Program-made: the position numbers and the translations under genes
Shown: piece after piece, positions 28,254-38,139 of the stretch
Numbering within the stretch: position 1 is the first letter of the stretch
How the letters are laid out: each line of letters opens with the position of its first letter
Notes under the pieces: model-generated
Databases searched by the model: none
Seen by the model: only the letters and a program-made list of their open reading frames with translations
Told to the model about the DNA's origin: nothing
Origin: Planctomycetota bacterium
Lineage (GTDB): Bacteria; Planctomycetota; B15-G4
DNA length: 64,000 nucleotides
Direction: 5' to 3'
NCBI GenBank assembly: GCA_965248575.1
Contig: CBDFJQ010000002.1
Span: 3,392,001 to 3,456,000 of the forward strand

Positions 28254-28396
28254 CTGAATAGGCATTTCTAGTACGAATTCTTGATTTCAGACGCCGCTGG
28301 GGATCTTCGCTCGCGGGAGTTCGTCCGGGGCCAGAACTGCTCTGGGAACCTGCCTGCGGGCTCCTCGTGCAGAAAGGGCCGCTCTTCAAAAAAGCC

Positions 28397-29011
28397 CTAG
28401 GAATCCCTGCCGATGAAGGACATGAACTCGGCGCGTGTCGCTCGGCGGGTCTTGAAAGTGCCTCGAACGGCCGAGGTCACCATCGTGGCACCTGGCTTCC
28501 GGACCCCACGCATGGTCATGCAAGTGTGGGTCGCCTCCATCACCACGCCGACGCCCTGAGGGTTCAGCCGCTCCCAGAGCAGGTCCGCTACCTGAGACGA
28601 CAACCGCTCCTGAACCTGCAATCGACGACCGAATTCTTCAACGACGCGGGCAATCTTGCTCAGGCCCACAATGCGCCCATTGGGCACATAGGCCACATGC
28701 GCCCGCCCCATGAAGGGCATCATGTGGTGCTCGCAGAGGGACTCGAAGGGGATGTCCTTCACCACGACCATCTCGTGGTGGTCCTCTTCGAAGGTCACAT
28801 CGAGATGCCTTGATGGGTCAAGGCGTTGGCCCCGAATCACCTCGGCATACATCCGGGCAACCCGGGCAGGAGTGTCCAGCAAACCGTCCCGCTCTGGATC
28901 CTCGCCCACAGCCAGCAGGATCTCCCGCATGGCGGATTCGATCCGCGCATGGTCGATGTCTGCGGCACGGGGGTCGTCGGGTCCAAAGGCCTTCACAGGC
29001 TCGTCAGTCAT
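28397..29011 (-). CDS. folE: GTP cyclohydrolase I
   Basis: GEDPERDGLLDTPARV, SLCEHHMMPF, GLSKIAR, RLQVQERL, HTCMTMRG. Confidence 0.96.
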   Translation of the reverse strand: MTDEPVKAFGPDDPRAADIDHARIESAMREILLAVGEDPERDGLLDTPARVARMYAEVIRGQRLDPSRHLDVTFEEDHHEMVVVKDIPFESLCEHHMMPFMGRAHVAYVPNGRIVGLSKIARVVEEFGRRLQVQERLSSQVADLLWERLNPQGVGVVMEATHTCMTMRGVRKPGATMVTSAVRGTFKTRRATRAEFMSFIGRDS

Positions 29012-29033
29012 GGGTGTCTCAAAGCGAACGGAC

Positions 29034-30941
29034 TCAGGGTCCGGGCGCTGGCAGCGAATCGATGATTCCGAGGAAGTCCTGCTTGCCCACGAGGTCGAAA
29101 CGCACGTGGGGTTCCAACGGGTTGTCGGCGGGGAAGACCGCCATGAACGGAATGGACACCGCCCCGAGCTCGCTTCTCAGCCGAACCAGCATGTCCGTCT
29201 TGGGGCTGCTGCGGGTGATGTCCGCCTTCAGCATCAAGACATCCTTCTGCTGGAGCGCCTGCTGCACCTGCTCGTTCTCGTAGACCAGCTTCTCGTTGGC
29301 CTTGCAGTTGGGGCACCAATCAGCGGTGAAGTCGACAAAGACGGAGCGGCCAGATTCAGAGGCCTCGAAGAAAACGTCCGGCTCAAACTCCACCCACCCG
29401 TGGGTCTCACCCGAGGGCAGGAACAGGCCTCGGAACTCCACAAACGAGAGTCGGGCGCCCAGGGCCACCACGAGCAGCGCGGTGGCCAGAGTGACCATCC
29501 GGCGCCCCTTGTTCTTCGCCTGCGGACTGAAGCGCCCCCACCACCAACAGCCCATGCCCACGAACAAGAGGAAGGCCACGGTGAAGAGCATCAGGTCCTG
29601 GCGCAGGCTGATCATGAGGTAGACCACGGTCAGGAGCAGCACGAAGCCCATGGAGTGCTTGAAGGTGTCCATCCATGCGCCGGGCTTCGGGACGAAGGCC
29701 AGCAGTTTGGGGTTCGCCGTCAGCACCACGTACGGGAAGGCCATGCCCAAGCCCAAGGACAGGAACACGGCGAACACCACGAGCGGCGATTGGCTCAGGG
29801 TCCAGGTCAAGGTGCTCCCAAGGAACGGCCCGCTGCAGGGCGTCGCCAGCACAGTGGCCAACATGCCCTTGAAGAAGGCGTCGCCGAGACCCTCCCGGGG
29901 AGGCCCACCCGCCAGGTTTCCGACACCTGCCGGCACACCCAGCTCGTAGACCCCGAACATCGACAAGCTGAATGCGAAGACGACCCCGATCATGACCACC
30001 AGGAACTCTTCGCTCTGGAACTGCTCGCCCCATCCGAGGTTGAGATTCACCGCCACCGCAGCCAGAGCCAGGAACACCACCACGATGCCGGCTGCGAAGG
30101 ACATGCCCAGCTTCAGCATGCGGCTCTTGTCCTCGCCAGCCTGCTGGACGAAGGAGAGCACCTTGATGCTGATGACGGGCAGCACACAGGGCATGACGTT
30201 GAGGATCATGCCCGCCACGAAGGCCAGCAGGATCCAGGCCCAGAAGCCGCGCGTTGTTTCTTCGATCTGGGGGCTGTAGTCAGGCAGCTCGACCGAGGCG
30301 TAGTCGGTGTCGCTGGCTGCTGCCGGGGCTCCGCCGGCCGGCAGACCGCGGGCGCCCTGATCGGGGTCCGTCGAGTCACCGCCCGCAGCACCCACAACCA
30401 GATCCGTGGGGAAGTCCGCGAACCACTTGTCGGGGCCCGGGCCCTTGCTCTTCAGGTCCTCGCCGTAGATCACGCAGGTTCCATTCGTGAAACACGTCAC
30501 GCCATCTACCGTGGCCGTCACGTCGTCGCCCGTCGCTCCCTCCGCCAACTCACCCAAGACGTACAGCACGAGGGTCCCATCGTACTCCCAGGCCCAGGTT
30601 CCCAGGCCCAGCTGGTCCCGCTTGTGCGCCGGTGGGTATGAGGTGGAGCTCCAGCTGATGCCAGCGCCACCCATGGACAGCTTGGTGGGAAGGCCCGTGG
30701 CGTCAGGCCCACCGACCTCCTCGCCGTAGAGATGCCAGTCATTCTCGATCTCGATGACCACCGCAGCCTGCACGTGCCCATCCGTCACGCGACTGAACAG
30801 CGTGCCGGCGGCATACATGGACATCTGACCAGAGGTGGTCGTTTGGAGCAGCATGAGCGCCAGCGCGAGCCAGCCCAGGCTGAGTGCACCGGGGCCGTGC
30901 CAACGCCAACTACGAGGGGAGCGAACGCCCCCGTCCGTCAA
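29034..30941 (-). CDS. dsbD: protein-disulfide reductase DsbD family (DsbD-N, TM and thioredoxin domains)
   Basis: WHLY, TC...C, LNVMPCVLPVISIK, LATPCSGPFLG, FVDFTADWCPNCK; start uncertain (TTG 30941 or ATG 30854). Confidence 0.88.
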   Translation of the reverse strand: MTDGGVRSPRSWRWHGPGALSLGWLALALMLLQTTTSGQMSMYAAGTLFSRVTDGHVQAAVVIEIENDWHLYGEEVGGPDATGLPTKLSMGGAGISWSSTSYPPAHKRDQLGLGTWAWEYDGTLVLYVLGELAEGATGDDVTATVDGVTCFTNGTCVIYGEDLKSKGPGPDKWFADFPTDLVVGAAGGDSTDPDQGARGLPAGGAPAAASDTDYASVELPDYSPQIEETTRGFWAWILLAFVAGMILNVMPCVLPVISIKVLSFVQQAGEDKSRMLKLGMSFAAGIVVVFLALAAVAVNLNLGWGEQFQSEEFLVVMIGVVFAFSLSMFGVYELGVPAGVGNLAGGPPREGLGDAFFKGMLATVLATPCSGPFLGSTLTWTLSQSPLVVFAVFLSLGLGMAFPYVVLTANPKLLAFVPKPGAWMDTFKHSMGFVLLLTVVYLMISLRQDLMLFTVAFLLFVGMGCWWWGRFSPQAKNKGRRMVTLATALLVVALGARLSFVEFRGLFLPSGETHGWVEFEPDVFFEASESGRSVFVDFTADWCPNCKANEKLVYENEQVQQALQQKDVLMLKADITRSSPKTDMLVRLRSELGAVSIPFMAVFPADNPLEPHVRFDLVGKQDFLGIIDSLPAPGP

Positions 30942-30961
30942 CGGCCATCTTCTGTCCAGCT

Positions 30962-32083
30962 TCAAGTGGTCGGCTCCGCGCCGCTGTTCACGAGGCCAGC
31001 CGCCTTCTGCGCCTCGGCCTCCCGCTCGGCTTCGATCACCGCAATCTCCTCGATCAGGGCGTCGACGATCTGCGCCTCGGGCACCTTGCGCACGGTCTTG
31101 CCGTGTCGGAACAGCAGGCCCTCGCCCGCTCCGCCCGCGATCCCGATATCCGCCTCCCGAGCCTCTCCGGGCCCGTTCACCGCACACCCCAGAACGCTGA
31201 TCTTGACCGGGAGCGTGCAGGCCGAGAGGCGGTCCTTCACCTCTGCGACGATCTTCTCCAAGTCGATGTCGATCCGTCCGCATGTTGGACACGCAATGAT
31301 CTCCGGCGAGATGACCCTGACTCCCGTGCACTTGAGGATGTCGTAGGCCACTGGCATTTCTTGCTCAGGATCTGATGTCAGCGAAACCCGGATGGTGTCA
31401 CCCAGGCCCTTGAGCAGGATGGCGCCGATCCCGGCCGCCGACTTGATGGCCCCGTAGACAGGGTCCCCTGCCTCGGTGATACCCACGTGTAGAGGCACGT
31501 CCGACTGCTCGCCAAACAGGCTGTTGGCCGCCACGGCCGCCGGCACATCGGTGCTCTTGATGGAGACGATGAGCTTCTCGACCCCTTGCTCCCGGGCGAA
31601 GGCCACGTGCCGCAAGGCCGACTCCACCAGGGCCTCCGGGGACGGCCAGCCGTGCTTCTCCAGCAGGTCCTTCTCGAGGCTGCCGCTGTTGACGCCGATC
31701 CGGATCGCGGTGCCCTTGGACCGTGCCGCCTGCAGCACCTCGCGCACCTTGGCTTCCTTGCCGATGTTGCCCGGGTTGATGCGCACCTTGTCTGCACCCG
31801 CTTCGATGGCCGCCAGCGCCATCTTGTGGTTGAAGTGGATGTCCGCGATGAGCGGCACGCCCATCTTCGACCGCCAATAGGGGATGTTCGCCGCGCTCTC
31901 GAGATCCGGGATCGTCACCCGCACCAACTCGCAGCCGGCTTCCACCATGCGCCCGATCTGATCCGCCGTCGCCTCGCGATCGGCACTGACCGTGTTGGTC
32001 ATGGATTGCACCCGGACCGGATGCTCGCTGCCGATCATGAGGTCCCTGATGGGCACCTGGATCGTGGGACGTCGCGTCACCAT
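30962..32083 (-). CDS. ispG: (E)-4-hydroxy-3-methylbut-2-enyl-diphosphate synthase
   Basis: VQSMTNT, ADIHF, RINPGNIG, RIGVNSGSL, LHVGITEAG, GDTIRVSL, CPTCGR, GCAVNGPGE. Confidence 0.97.
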   Translation of the reverse strand: MVTRRPTIQVPIRDLMIGSEHPVRVQSMTNTVSADREATADQIGRMVEAGCELVRVTIPDLESAANIPYWRSKMGVPLIADIHFNHKMALAAIEAGADKVRINPGNIGKEAKVREVLQAARSKGTAIRIGVNSGSLEKDLLEKHGWPSPEALVESALRHVAFAREQGVEKLIVSIKSTDVPAAVAANSLFGEQSDVPLHVGITEAGDPVYGAIKSAAGIGAILLKGLGDTIRVSLTSDPEQEMPVAYDILKCTGVRVISPEIIACPTCGRIDIDLEKIVAEVKDRLSACTLPVKISVLGCAVNGPGEAREADIGIAGGAGEGLLFRHGKTVRKVPEAQIVDALIEEIAVIEAEREAEAQKAAGLVNSGAEPTT

Positions 32084-32085
32084 CT

Positions 32086-34017
32086 CTAGCTGTCTCCGCC
32101 TTTGGTCTCGAGCGTCGCTTCGAGCTCGATCTGCTTACCATCCCGGCGCACGCCGACCTTGATCACTTCTCCCGGTCGGCGAGAGAAAAGCAGCACCGCA
32201 TAGTCTTGCAGGTTGCGCACGGTCTTGCCGTCCAAGCTGATGATCACATCGCCTTTCACCAGGCCACAGCGCTCGGCCGGGGAGCCAGCGCTCGACCCGG
32301 TAACTCGCACGCCGTCGTCCAGGGTGTAGGTCATGTCCGGCTGAGAACCGAACCAGACCCCATAGCCCTTCACTTCGCGTTCTTCTTCGGGCTCGCCTTC
32401 GTCGTGGGGGTCGGCGACCGCTACCGGAGCCGGCGGCGGCGTCGGATCCGTGAATCGTGGCCGTTCGGACACCGTCGCCAGGGCCATCACGAACTCACCC
32501 GCGAGGGATGCGATGCGGGCGCCCGCCTTGGGGTCGACGAGCGGCGTGTCGTCCGACGGGCGGTGATAGTCGTCGTGCAAACCGGTGAAGAGCGACAGGA
32601 TCGGGATCCCTGCCGCAGCAAAGGGCGCCTGGTCCGAGTTGGGTGGCACCCCATCCGACACGGCCAGCTTGGCGAAAGGCGCCCCCAAGCGTTCGTGGCA
32701 GAGCTCCACGAGGCGCGGGAAGCTGGGCGAGGTGCCGAGGCCCTCGACGCTCAAGAAACCGCCCTCGCTGCGACCGATCATGTCCATGTTGACCATGCCT
32801 ACAAACTGGTCCAAGGGCCGGATCGGGTGGTCCACGAAGTGATGGGAGCCCAGCAGGCCCCATTCCTCGGCCCCGAAGGCGACGAAGACGACGCTGCGTC
32901 GCAGGGGCTGTTCCAGGCCCCCCAGGACATGGGCCAACTCCATCAGACCCGCAGTCCCAGATGCGTTGTCGTCGGCACCATTGTGAATCTTGCCCCGACC
33001 CTCCGCTCCAGCCAGCGACCCACCAGACAGCCCGTCACCCAGGTGATCCATGTGGGCACCGACCACGACGTATTCATCGGCTTGGGTCCCGGGCAGCAGG
33101 CCCACAACGTTGTAGGTGGAGACCAAGCGGCGCTCGGCCACGACGTTCACCGACACCATCCAGTCCGAGAGGTCGCCGCCATGCGCACCCGGATCAAAGG
33201 AGGACGGCTGCATACGCTCGTCAATGCGCGTTTGCATGGCCGCCATGTCCAGGCCCAGGGGGCCGAGGGCGCGCATGGCCGCAGCGGCGGACACATGGAC
33301 TGCGGGCAAGGATGCGCTCAGGCCGGCCGACCGACTCGCCCCATAGGCCAGGGGCACGTCCTTCTCGGAGCCCGGCGGGTAGTTGGCGGGGTCGTTCATG
33401 ACCACGATGGCCGCCGCGCCTCGCTTGAAGGCCGTGTTGATCTTGGTGGTGAAGTCGATCAACCCCCGGCCCGCGCCTGCGGCATCGAGGTAGCGCGCTC
33501 CAGCCGTCTCATCCGTGGAGTTCGCCCGCAGAGATGTACCGGGGCCACCCCGCAGCACCAACACGACCTTGTCGCTGACATCGAGACCTGCGTAGTCGTC
33601 GTAGCCGCCGTCGACGTCTCGGATTCCGTAGCCCGCGAACACCACCGAAGCCTCAGCCTGGCTCGTGGCGGTGGAAGCGAAGGGTGTCCAATCGGACTTC
33701 AGCTCGAAGCTCTCGGCCCCCACGGACAGGGCGTTGCCCTCACCCAGGGCCCGCGAGCCCGAGGCCTCGAAGCCCTGGAGGAAGCCGTCGTCCCCGCCGG
33801 GCGCCAAGCCCGCCGCAGCAAACTGCTCCGCCACATAGCGCGCGGTGGCATCCAAACCCTCCGTGCCCGTTCCCCGGCCACCCCGGGCATCGTCGGCCAA
33901 CCAGGCCACGTGCTCCTGGAAGCGCTGGCTGGAAACCTCAACCGCTGACCGAGGCGCGGCACAGGCGGACACCCCAGCAAGCAGGGCAAGAAGCCAAAGG
34001 GTCGGGGCGATCTTCAT
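32086..34017 (-). CDS. M28 family peptidase lipoprotein with PA and PDZ domains
   Basis: lipobox VSAC; GAHMDHLG, NGADDNASG, AEEWGLLGS, NMDMIGR, SDQ, HDDYHRPSD; C-terminal PDZ. Confidence 0.9.
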   Translation of the reverse strand: MKIAPTLWLLALLAGVSACAAPRSAVEVSSQRFQEHVAWLADDARGGRGTGTEGLDATARYVAEQFAAAGLAPGGDDGFLQGFEASGSRALGEGNALSVGAESFELKSDWTPFASTATSQAEASVVFAGYGIRDVDGGYDDYAGLDVSDKVVLVLRGGPGTSLRANSTDETAGARYLDAAGAGRGLIDFTTKINTAFKRGAAAIVVMNDPANYPPGSEKDVPLAYGASRSAGLSASLPAVHVSAAAAMRALGPLGLDMAAMQTRIDERMQPSSFDPGAHGGDLSDWMVSVNVVAERRLVSTYNVVGLLPGTQADEYVVVGAHMDHLGDGLSGGSLAGAEGRGKIHNGADDNASGTAGLMELAHVLGGLEQPLRRSVVFVAFGAEEWGLLGSHHFVDHPIRPLDQFVGMVNMDMIGRSEGGFLSVEGLGTSPSFPRLVELCHERLGAPFAKLAVSDGVPPNSDQAPFAAAGIPILSLFTGLHDDYHRPSDDTPLVDPKAGARIASLAGEFVMALATVSERPRFTDPTPPPAPVAVADPHDEGEPEEEREVKGYGVWFGSQPDMTYTLDDGVRVTGSSAGSPAERCGLVKGDVIISLDGKTVRNLQDYAVLLFSRRPGEVIKVGVRRDGKQIELEATLETKGGDS

Positions 34018-34148
34018 GGAGTGTCAATCCGCAGAGATGGTGGAGATTCGGCGCACGGGATAGCCCAGGTCGCAGGGCCCGCCGCTCGCTTCTCAGCTGG
34101 TTCGCTTCCTGAGACAGGCGAAGCTGTACGGAAGCCGAACCCCCAAGG

Positions 34149-35378
34149 TTAGTGATTCTTGGCTGGGTCGCGACAGGCTGCCAGTGCTTCGGGCAGCGCC
34201 TCCAGCAGCCGGTCGATGTCCGCCAGGGACGAATACACCGCCACGCTGGCACGCAGGGACGGCCCTTGCCCCATCCGACGCAAGAGGGGTTCGGCACAAT
34301 GCCAACCAGCCCGAACGGCCACACCCGACAGATCCAGGATGGTCCCAGCCACGTGAGGATCCCCCTCGGGCAGCGCCAGGGAGACTGACCCGGAACGCTC
34401 GGCGGCGGTGGCCGGGCCCAGAACCGTCGCTCCGTTCAGCCCTTCAAGGCCGTGCAGCAGGTGTTCGAGCAGCCCCAGCTCATGGGCTCGAACAGCGGCC
34501 AAGCCCACGGAATCCAGCATGTCGAGGGCGGGCGGGAAGGCGGAGACGGGGGCTGCCGCTGGGGTGCCGGCTTCGAACCGCCAGGGTGGCGCCTGCCACT
34601 GGGCGGATTGTTCGCTCACCGAGCTGACCATTTCTCCACCGAAGGTCACCGGCTCCATGGCGGCCAGCCGCTCGGCCTTGCCACGCAACACACCCACCCC
34701 CATCGGCCCGTACATCTTGTGCGCCGAGAAGGCGAGGAAGTCGGCCGCCCGGCTGCCGTCGTCCAGGGGCAGGTGCCCCACGGACTGGGTCACGTCCAGC
34801 AGAACGGGGACGCCGCTGCGCTGGGCAACGGCCACAAGAGCCTCGGTGTCGACGAGCGTACCCAAGGCGTTCGACACGCGTGTGGCCGCCAGGAAGCAGG
34901 TCCCCGAAGGAAGCTCGGTGGGCACCGGGAGACACCCGCGCTCGTCCACATCCAGCACGACCAACTGCGCTCCGGTCCGCCTGCACACCTGCTGCCAAGG
35001 CACCAGATTGCTGTGGTGTTCGAGGGCCGTCACAGCCACCACATCGCCGGGCTTCAGCCTCGGCTCCAACCAGGAGCGCGCCACCAGGTTGATGCTCTCG
35101 GTGGCGTTGCGGGTGAACACCACCTCCTCTGGATCTGCTTCCAGGAAGCGCGCGACCCGGCGCCGGGCCCCTTCATAGGCCTCCGTGGCCGCCATCCCCA
35201 GCCGGTGGTTCGCCCGGTGCACATTGGCGTTGGCCTCAAGATAGAAACGGCTCAGGGCCTCCAGCACCGCCCGGGGTCGATGCGTGGTGGCCGCGTTGTC
35301 GAGGGCCACCAGGGAGGCATCGTCAAGCGCCGGGAAGAGGCTCCGCAGGCTCGCGACATCCGTCTCGGCGCTGGTCAC
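34149..35378 (-). CDS. sufS: SufS-type (group II) cysteine desulfurase
   Basis: LDNAATT, ANVHR, FTRNATESIN, EHHSN, SAHKMYGP, RFEAGTP, RAGWHCA. Confidence 0.88.
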   Translation of the reverse strand: MTSAETDVASLRSLFPALDDASLVALDNAATTHRPRAVLEALSRFYLEANANVHRANHRLGMAATEAYEGARRRVARFLEADPEEVVFTRNATESINLVARSWLEPRLKPGDVVAVTALEHHSNLVPWQQVCRRTGAQLVVLDVDERGCLPVPTELPSGTCFLAATRVSNALGTLVDTEALVAVAQRSGVPVLLDVTQSVGHLPLDDGSRAADFLAFSAHKMYGPMGVGVLRGKAERLAAMEPVTFGGEMVSSVSEQSAQWQAPPWRFEAGTPAAAPVSAFPPALDMLDSVGLAAVRAHELGLLEHLLHGLEGLNGATVLGPATAAERSGSVSLALPEGDPHVAGTILDLSGVAVRAGWHCAEPLLRRMGQGPSLRASVAVYSSLADIDRLLEALPEALAACRDPAKNH

Positions 35379-35384
35379 GGTTGG

Positions 35385-35840
35385 TCAGGAAAGGCGGGCG
35401 CCGACGATGGTTGACACCTTGCGGCCGTCGCAACGCCCTCCGGTACGCGCCATCACTTCCTTCATGACACCGGCCATCTCCTTCTTGGTCTTGGCTTCCA
35501 GCTCGACGATGACCGTGTCGACGATCACCTCGAGTTCGGCGTCCCCGAGCTCGGCGGGCATGTACTTGCGGAGCACCTCGATCTGGAAACGCTCTTTGTC
35601 TTCCAGATCCTTGCGCTCGGCCTCCTTGTACATATCGGCCGACTCCGTGCGTGTTTTGACGCCCTTGCGCAACACCTTCAGGAAGGTGTCATCGTCAACT
35701 CCCGAACGATCCAGCCCCTGGTTGATGGCCACATTCTTGGCGTCAGAAACCAGCATGCGCAGCACTTCGAGCTCTTCCTTGCGCCCCGCCTTCATGGCCG
35801 CCTTGATGTCGTCCTTGACCTTTGCCTCGATGGTGCTCAT
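35385..35840 (-). CDS. GatB/YqeY domain protein
   Basis: DIKAAMKA..., E..VLRKYMP, VMKEVMARTGGRCDG; start at MSTIEAK. Confidence 0.9.
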   Translation of the reverse strand: MSTIEAKVKDDIKAAMKAGRKEELEVLRMLVSDAKNVAINQGLDRSGVDDDTFLKVLRKGVKTRTESADMYKEAERKDLEDKERFQIEVLRKYMPAELGDAELEVIVDTVIVELEAKTKKEMAGVMKEVMARTGGRCDGRKVSTIVGARLS

Positions 35841-35912
35841 GGAGCGTCGCTTGTCCCGTCTGTGTGCCTGCGATGGATTGCCTGTGTAGCCAGCAGATTG
35901 CCGAGCGGCGCC

Positions 35913-35922
35913 GAGTATACTC
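35913..35922. promoter_or_regulatory. palindromic -10 element in a divergent intergenic region
   Basis: GAGTATACTC gives TATACT on both strands between yqeY and the HEAT-cyclophilin gene. Confidence 0.4.
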
Positions 35923-35955
35923 CCGCCCGTCATTCCGCACTCGGGGGTTGGACGC

Positions 35956-38106
35956 ATGGGTTCTCAGACCACCACCAAGCGGGTGCCGCGAGGCCCCGCC
36001 TTCAAGCTTGTTCTACTCGCGGCGCTGCTGAGCCCGACTGCCTGCAGTTGGTCCGCCTGGCAGAACACGTCCGCCCCGCGTGACCTGCTGACCGACCTGG
36101 CGGACGACGGGTCCCTCGCCCGCGGGCTCTCTCACCCCGAGCCACGCGTACGGCGGCTGGCGGCCCGAGCCCTGGGGCGCCTACCCGCCGGCAACAGCGT
36201 TGCCGTCGTCCTGTCCGCCGCCAACACGGAGTCCGATCCCGAGACCCTCGTCGAGATCTGCTTTGCGTTGGGGCAGTGGCAGGCCACCGAGAGCGGACAC
36301 TTCCTGAGAAGGATGGCCTCTCATCAGCGCCCTGAAATCCGGGCCACGGCAGTCCTGGCGCTCGGCAAGCTGGCCGACGACAGCCGCACGGATCTGCTGG
36401 TCGCCGCGCTGGAGGATACGGCCGTGGAAGTCCGTGGCGCTGCCGCCCTGGGCCTGGCGCGTCTCGATGGCCGACGCTACGACCACGAACGAAGCCTGAC
36501 GGAAGAGCAAATGACGCAGCGCGATGCGGCACTGGCACGCGCCGCGCTGCAGGACCCGGACCCGGGGGTCCGGTGGCGAGCAACCTACGCCTTGTCGAAC
36601 ATCCGCAGTCGCCCCGGCCTGTCCACCATCCTCGGCCGCTGCGCCCGGGACGAAAGCAGCGCCGTGAGCCGCATCTTCGCCCTTCGGGGGCTGGGTGTCC
36701 TTCAGCGGGACAGCCTCTCCACGGCTGGACTCCAGGCGCCGGCCGGCGGCTCGGCCGTGGCCCAGGCGCGCCGCAGCCTCAACGACCGCGACCCTCGAGT
36801 CGCTCTGGAGGCCGCGCGCATCGTGGCTCAGATGGGGCCGTTCGTGGACGTCCTCAAGCTCACGGAAGCCGACTCATCCCATGTGCGCGTCCTGGCCCTC
36901 GACACCCTTCGCCAGCGGGTCCTGGGTCTGATGGAGTTCCCCATCGCTGCGGCGGGGGACGGCTCCTGGCGCGGGCCGCTCCTGTCCGCCTGCGAGCGCA
37001 TCGCTCGCCGCGATGCGTCCTCCGCGGTGCAACGCGAAGCACGAGCCATGCTGGTCTCCCTGGCCAGCGCATTCTCCGACGAAACAGGAGGAGAGCTCGT
37101 CACCGGGGAGGTGGATTGGACGGGGGCTCCGATCTCCAAGCAGCCCGTGACACGGCTGCAGGCCGCGGGCGACACCGCACGCAACGAATTGCTCCTGTCT
37201 TCAGACCCGCGCGACCGGGAGCGAGTGGCCCAACTGCTCTCCACCGGTGAGATCCGGGACCGGGTGCTGCTCAACCGGCTGCTGGAGGACTCCGTTCCCT
37301 CCGTCGTGGCTGCCGCCCTGGGCTCCCTCGACACCACCAACCCGGACACGCTGCACCATGATCGCGAGCGCCTCGAGCAGGCTCTCACCCACAAGGACCC
37401 GGCCATCCGCGGCACCGCCGCGCAGCTCGCAGGTCCCCTCATCCGGGAGGGCACGGCACCCCCTTGGTTGGTGACGGCCGTCGCCTCAGCCCTGGAGGAT
37501 CTCGAACAGCTACCCGTCTCCGAAGGCCTCGAGATGGAGGAAGCGCGGGCTGAGCTGGCTGGCGCCCTGGGCCTCCCGCACCTCGACCCCCTGCCACCCC
37601 GGGACAGCCCTCGCGGCCCTCTGCTGGACCGGCTCATCGAGGAAGAGACCCTGGCCCGCAAGGACCCCGCACCGGAGGTCCTGCTCGAGACCAGCCGCGG
37701 TGCCTTGCGGGTGGTGCTGGACCGGCTCGCGGCACCGCGCCATGTGGAGAGCTTCCTCGAGTTGGCGGACGATGGCTTCTACAACGGCCTCGACATCCAT
37801 CGCGTGGTACCCAACTTCGTGGTGCAAGGCCTGGACCCCAGACATGACGGCTGGGGTGTGGCCGGGCGGCGCGTTCCCGACGAGTTCGGACGCGCCTCCT
37901 ATCTCACGGGTTCCTTGGGCATGCCCCACGCCGGAAGCGCCCATTCGGGCGGTTGCCAGATCTTCATCACGCACGTGCCCACGCCCCATCTCGACGGCGC
38001 CTACACCCATTTCGGCAAGGTGGTGGAGGGCATCGAGATCGTCAACCAGCTCGAAATCGGCGACGTCATCAAGAGCGTGCGGCGCGTTCCCGCTCGCGGC
38101 AGCTGA
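35956..38106 (+). CDS. HEAT-repeat lipoprotein with C-terminal cyclophilin-type peptidylprolyl isomerase domain
   Basis: possible lipobox PTAC; VR..AA.ALG repeats; GFYNGLDIHRVVPNFVVQG, QIFITH..PHLDGAYTHFGKV. Confidence 0.85.
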   Translation: MGSQTTTKRVPRGPAFKLVLLAALLSPTACSWSAWQNTSAPRDLLTDLADDGSLARGLSHPEPRVRRLAARALGRLPAGNSVAVVLSAANTESDPETLVEICFALGQWQATESGHFLRRMASHQRPEIRATAVLALGKLADDSRTDLLVAALEDTAVEVRGAAALGLARLDGRRYDHERSLTEEQMTQRDAALARAALQDPDPGVRWRATYALSNIRSRPGLSTILGRCARDESSAVSRIFALRGLGVLQRDSLSTAGLQAPAGGSAVAQARRSLNDRDPRVALEAARIVAQMGPFVDVLKLTEADSSHVRVLALDTLRQRVLGLMEFPIAAAGDGSWRGPLLSACERIARRDASSAVQREARAMLVSLASAFSDETGGELVTGEVDWTGAPISKQPVTRLQAAGDTARNELLLSSDPRDRERVAQLLSTGEIRDRVLLNRLLEDSVPSVVAAALGSLDTTNPDTLHHDRERLEQALTHKDPAIRGTAAQLAGPLIREGTAPPWLVTAVASALEDLEQLPVSEGLEMEEARAELAGALGLPHLDPLPPRDSPRGPLLDRLIEEETLARKDPAPEVLLETSRGALRVVLDRLAAPRHVESFLELADDGFYNGLDIHRVVPNFVVQGLDPRHDGWGVAGRRVPDEFGRASYLTGSLGMPHAGSAHSGGCQIFITHVPTPHLDGAYTHFGKVVEGIEIVNQLEIGDVIKSVRRVPARGS

Positions 38107-38139
38107 CCCGAACAGCTCGGCAACACACCAGGAGGCAGG

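Noticed and set aside
28170..28260. c-di-GMP or other riboswitch upstream of the protease locus
   Set aside because: GCAAA/GAAA-like pieces are on the non-coding strand and do not fit the consensus order
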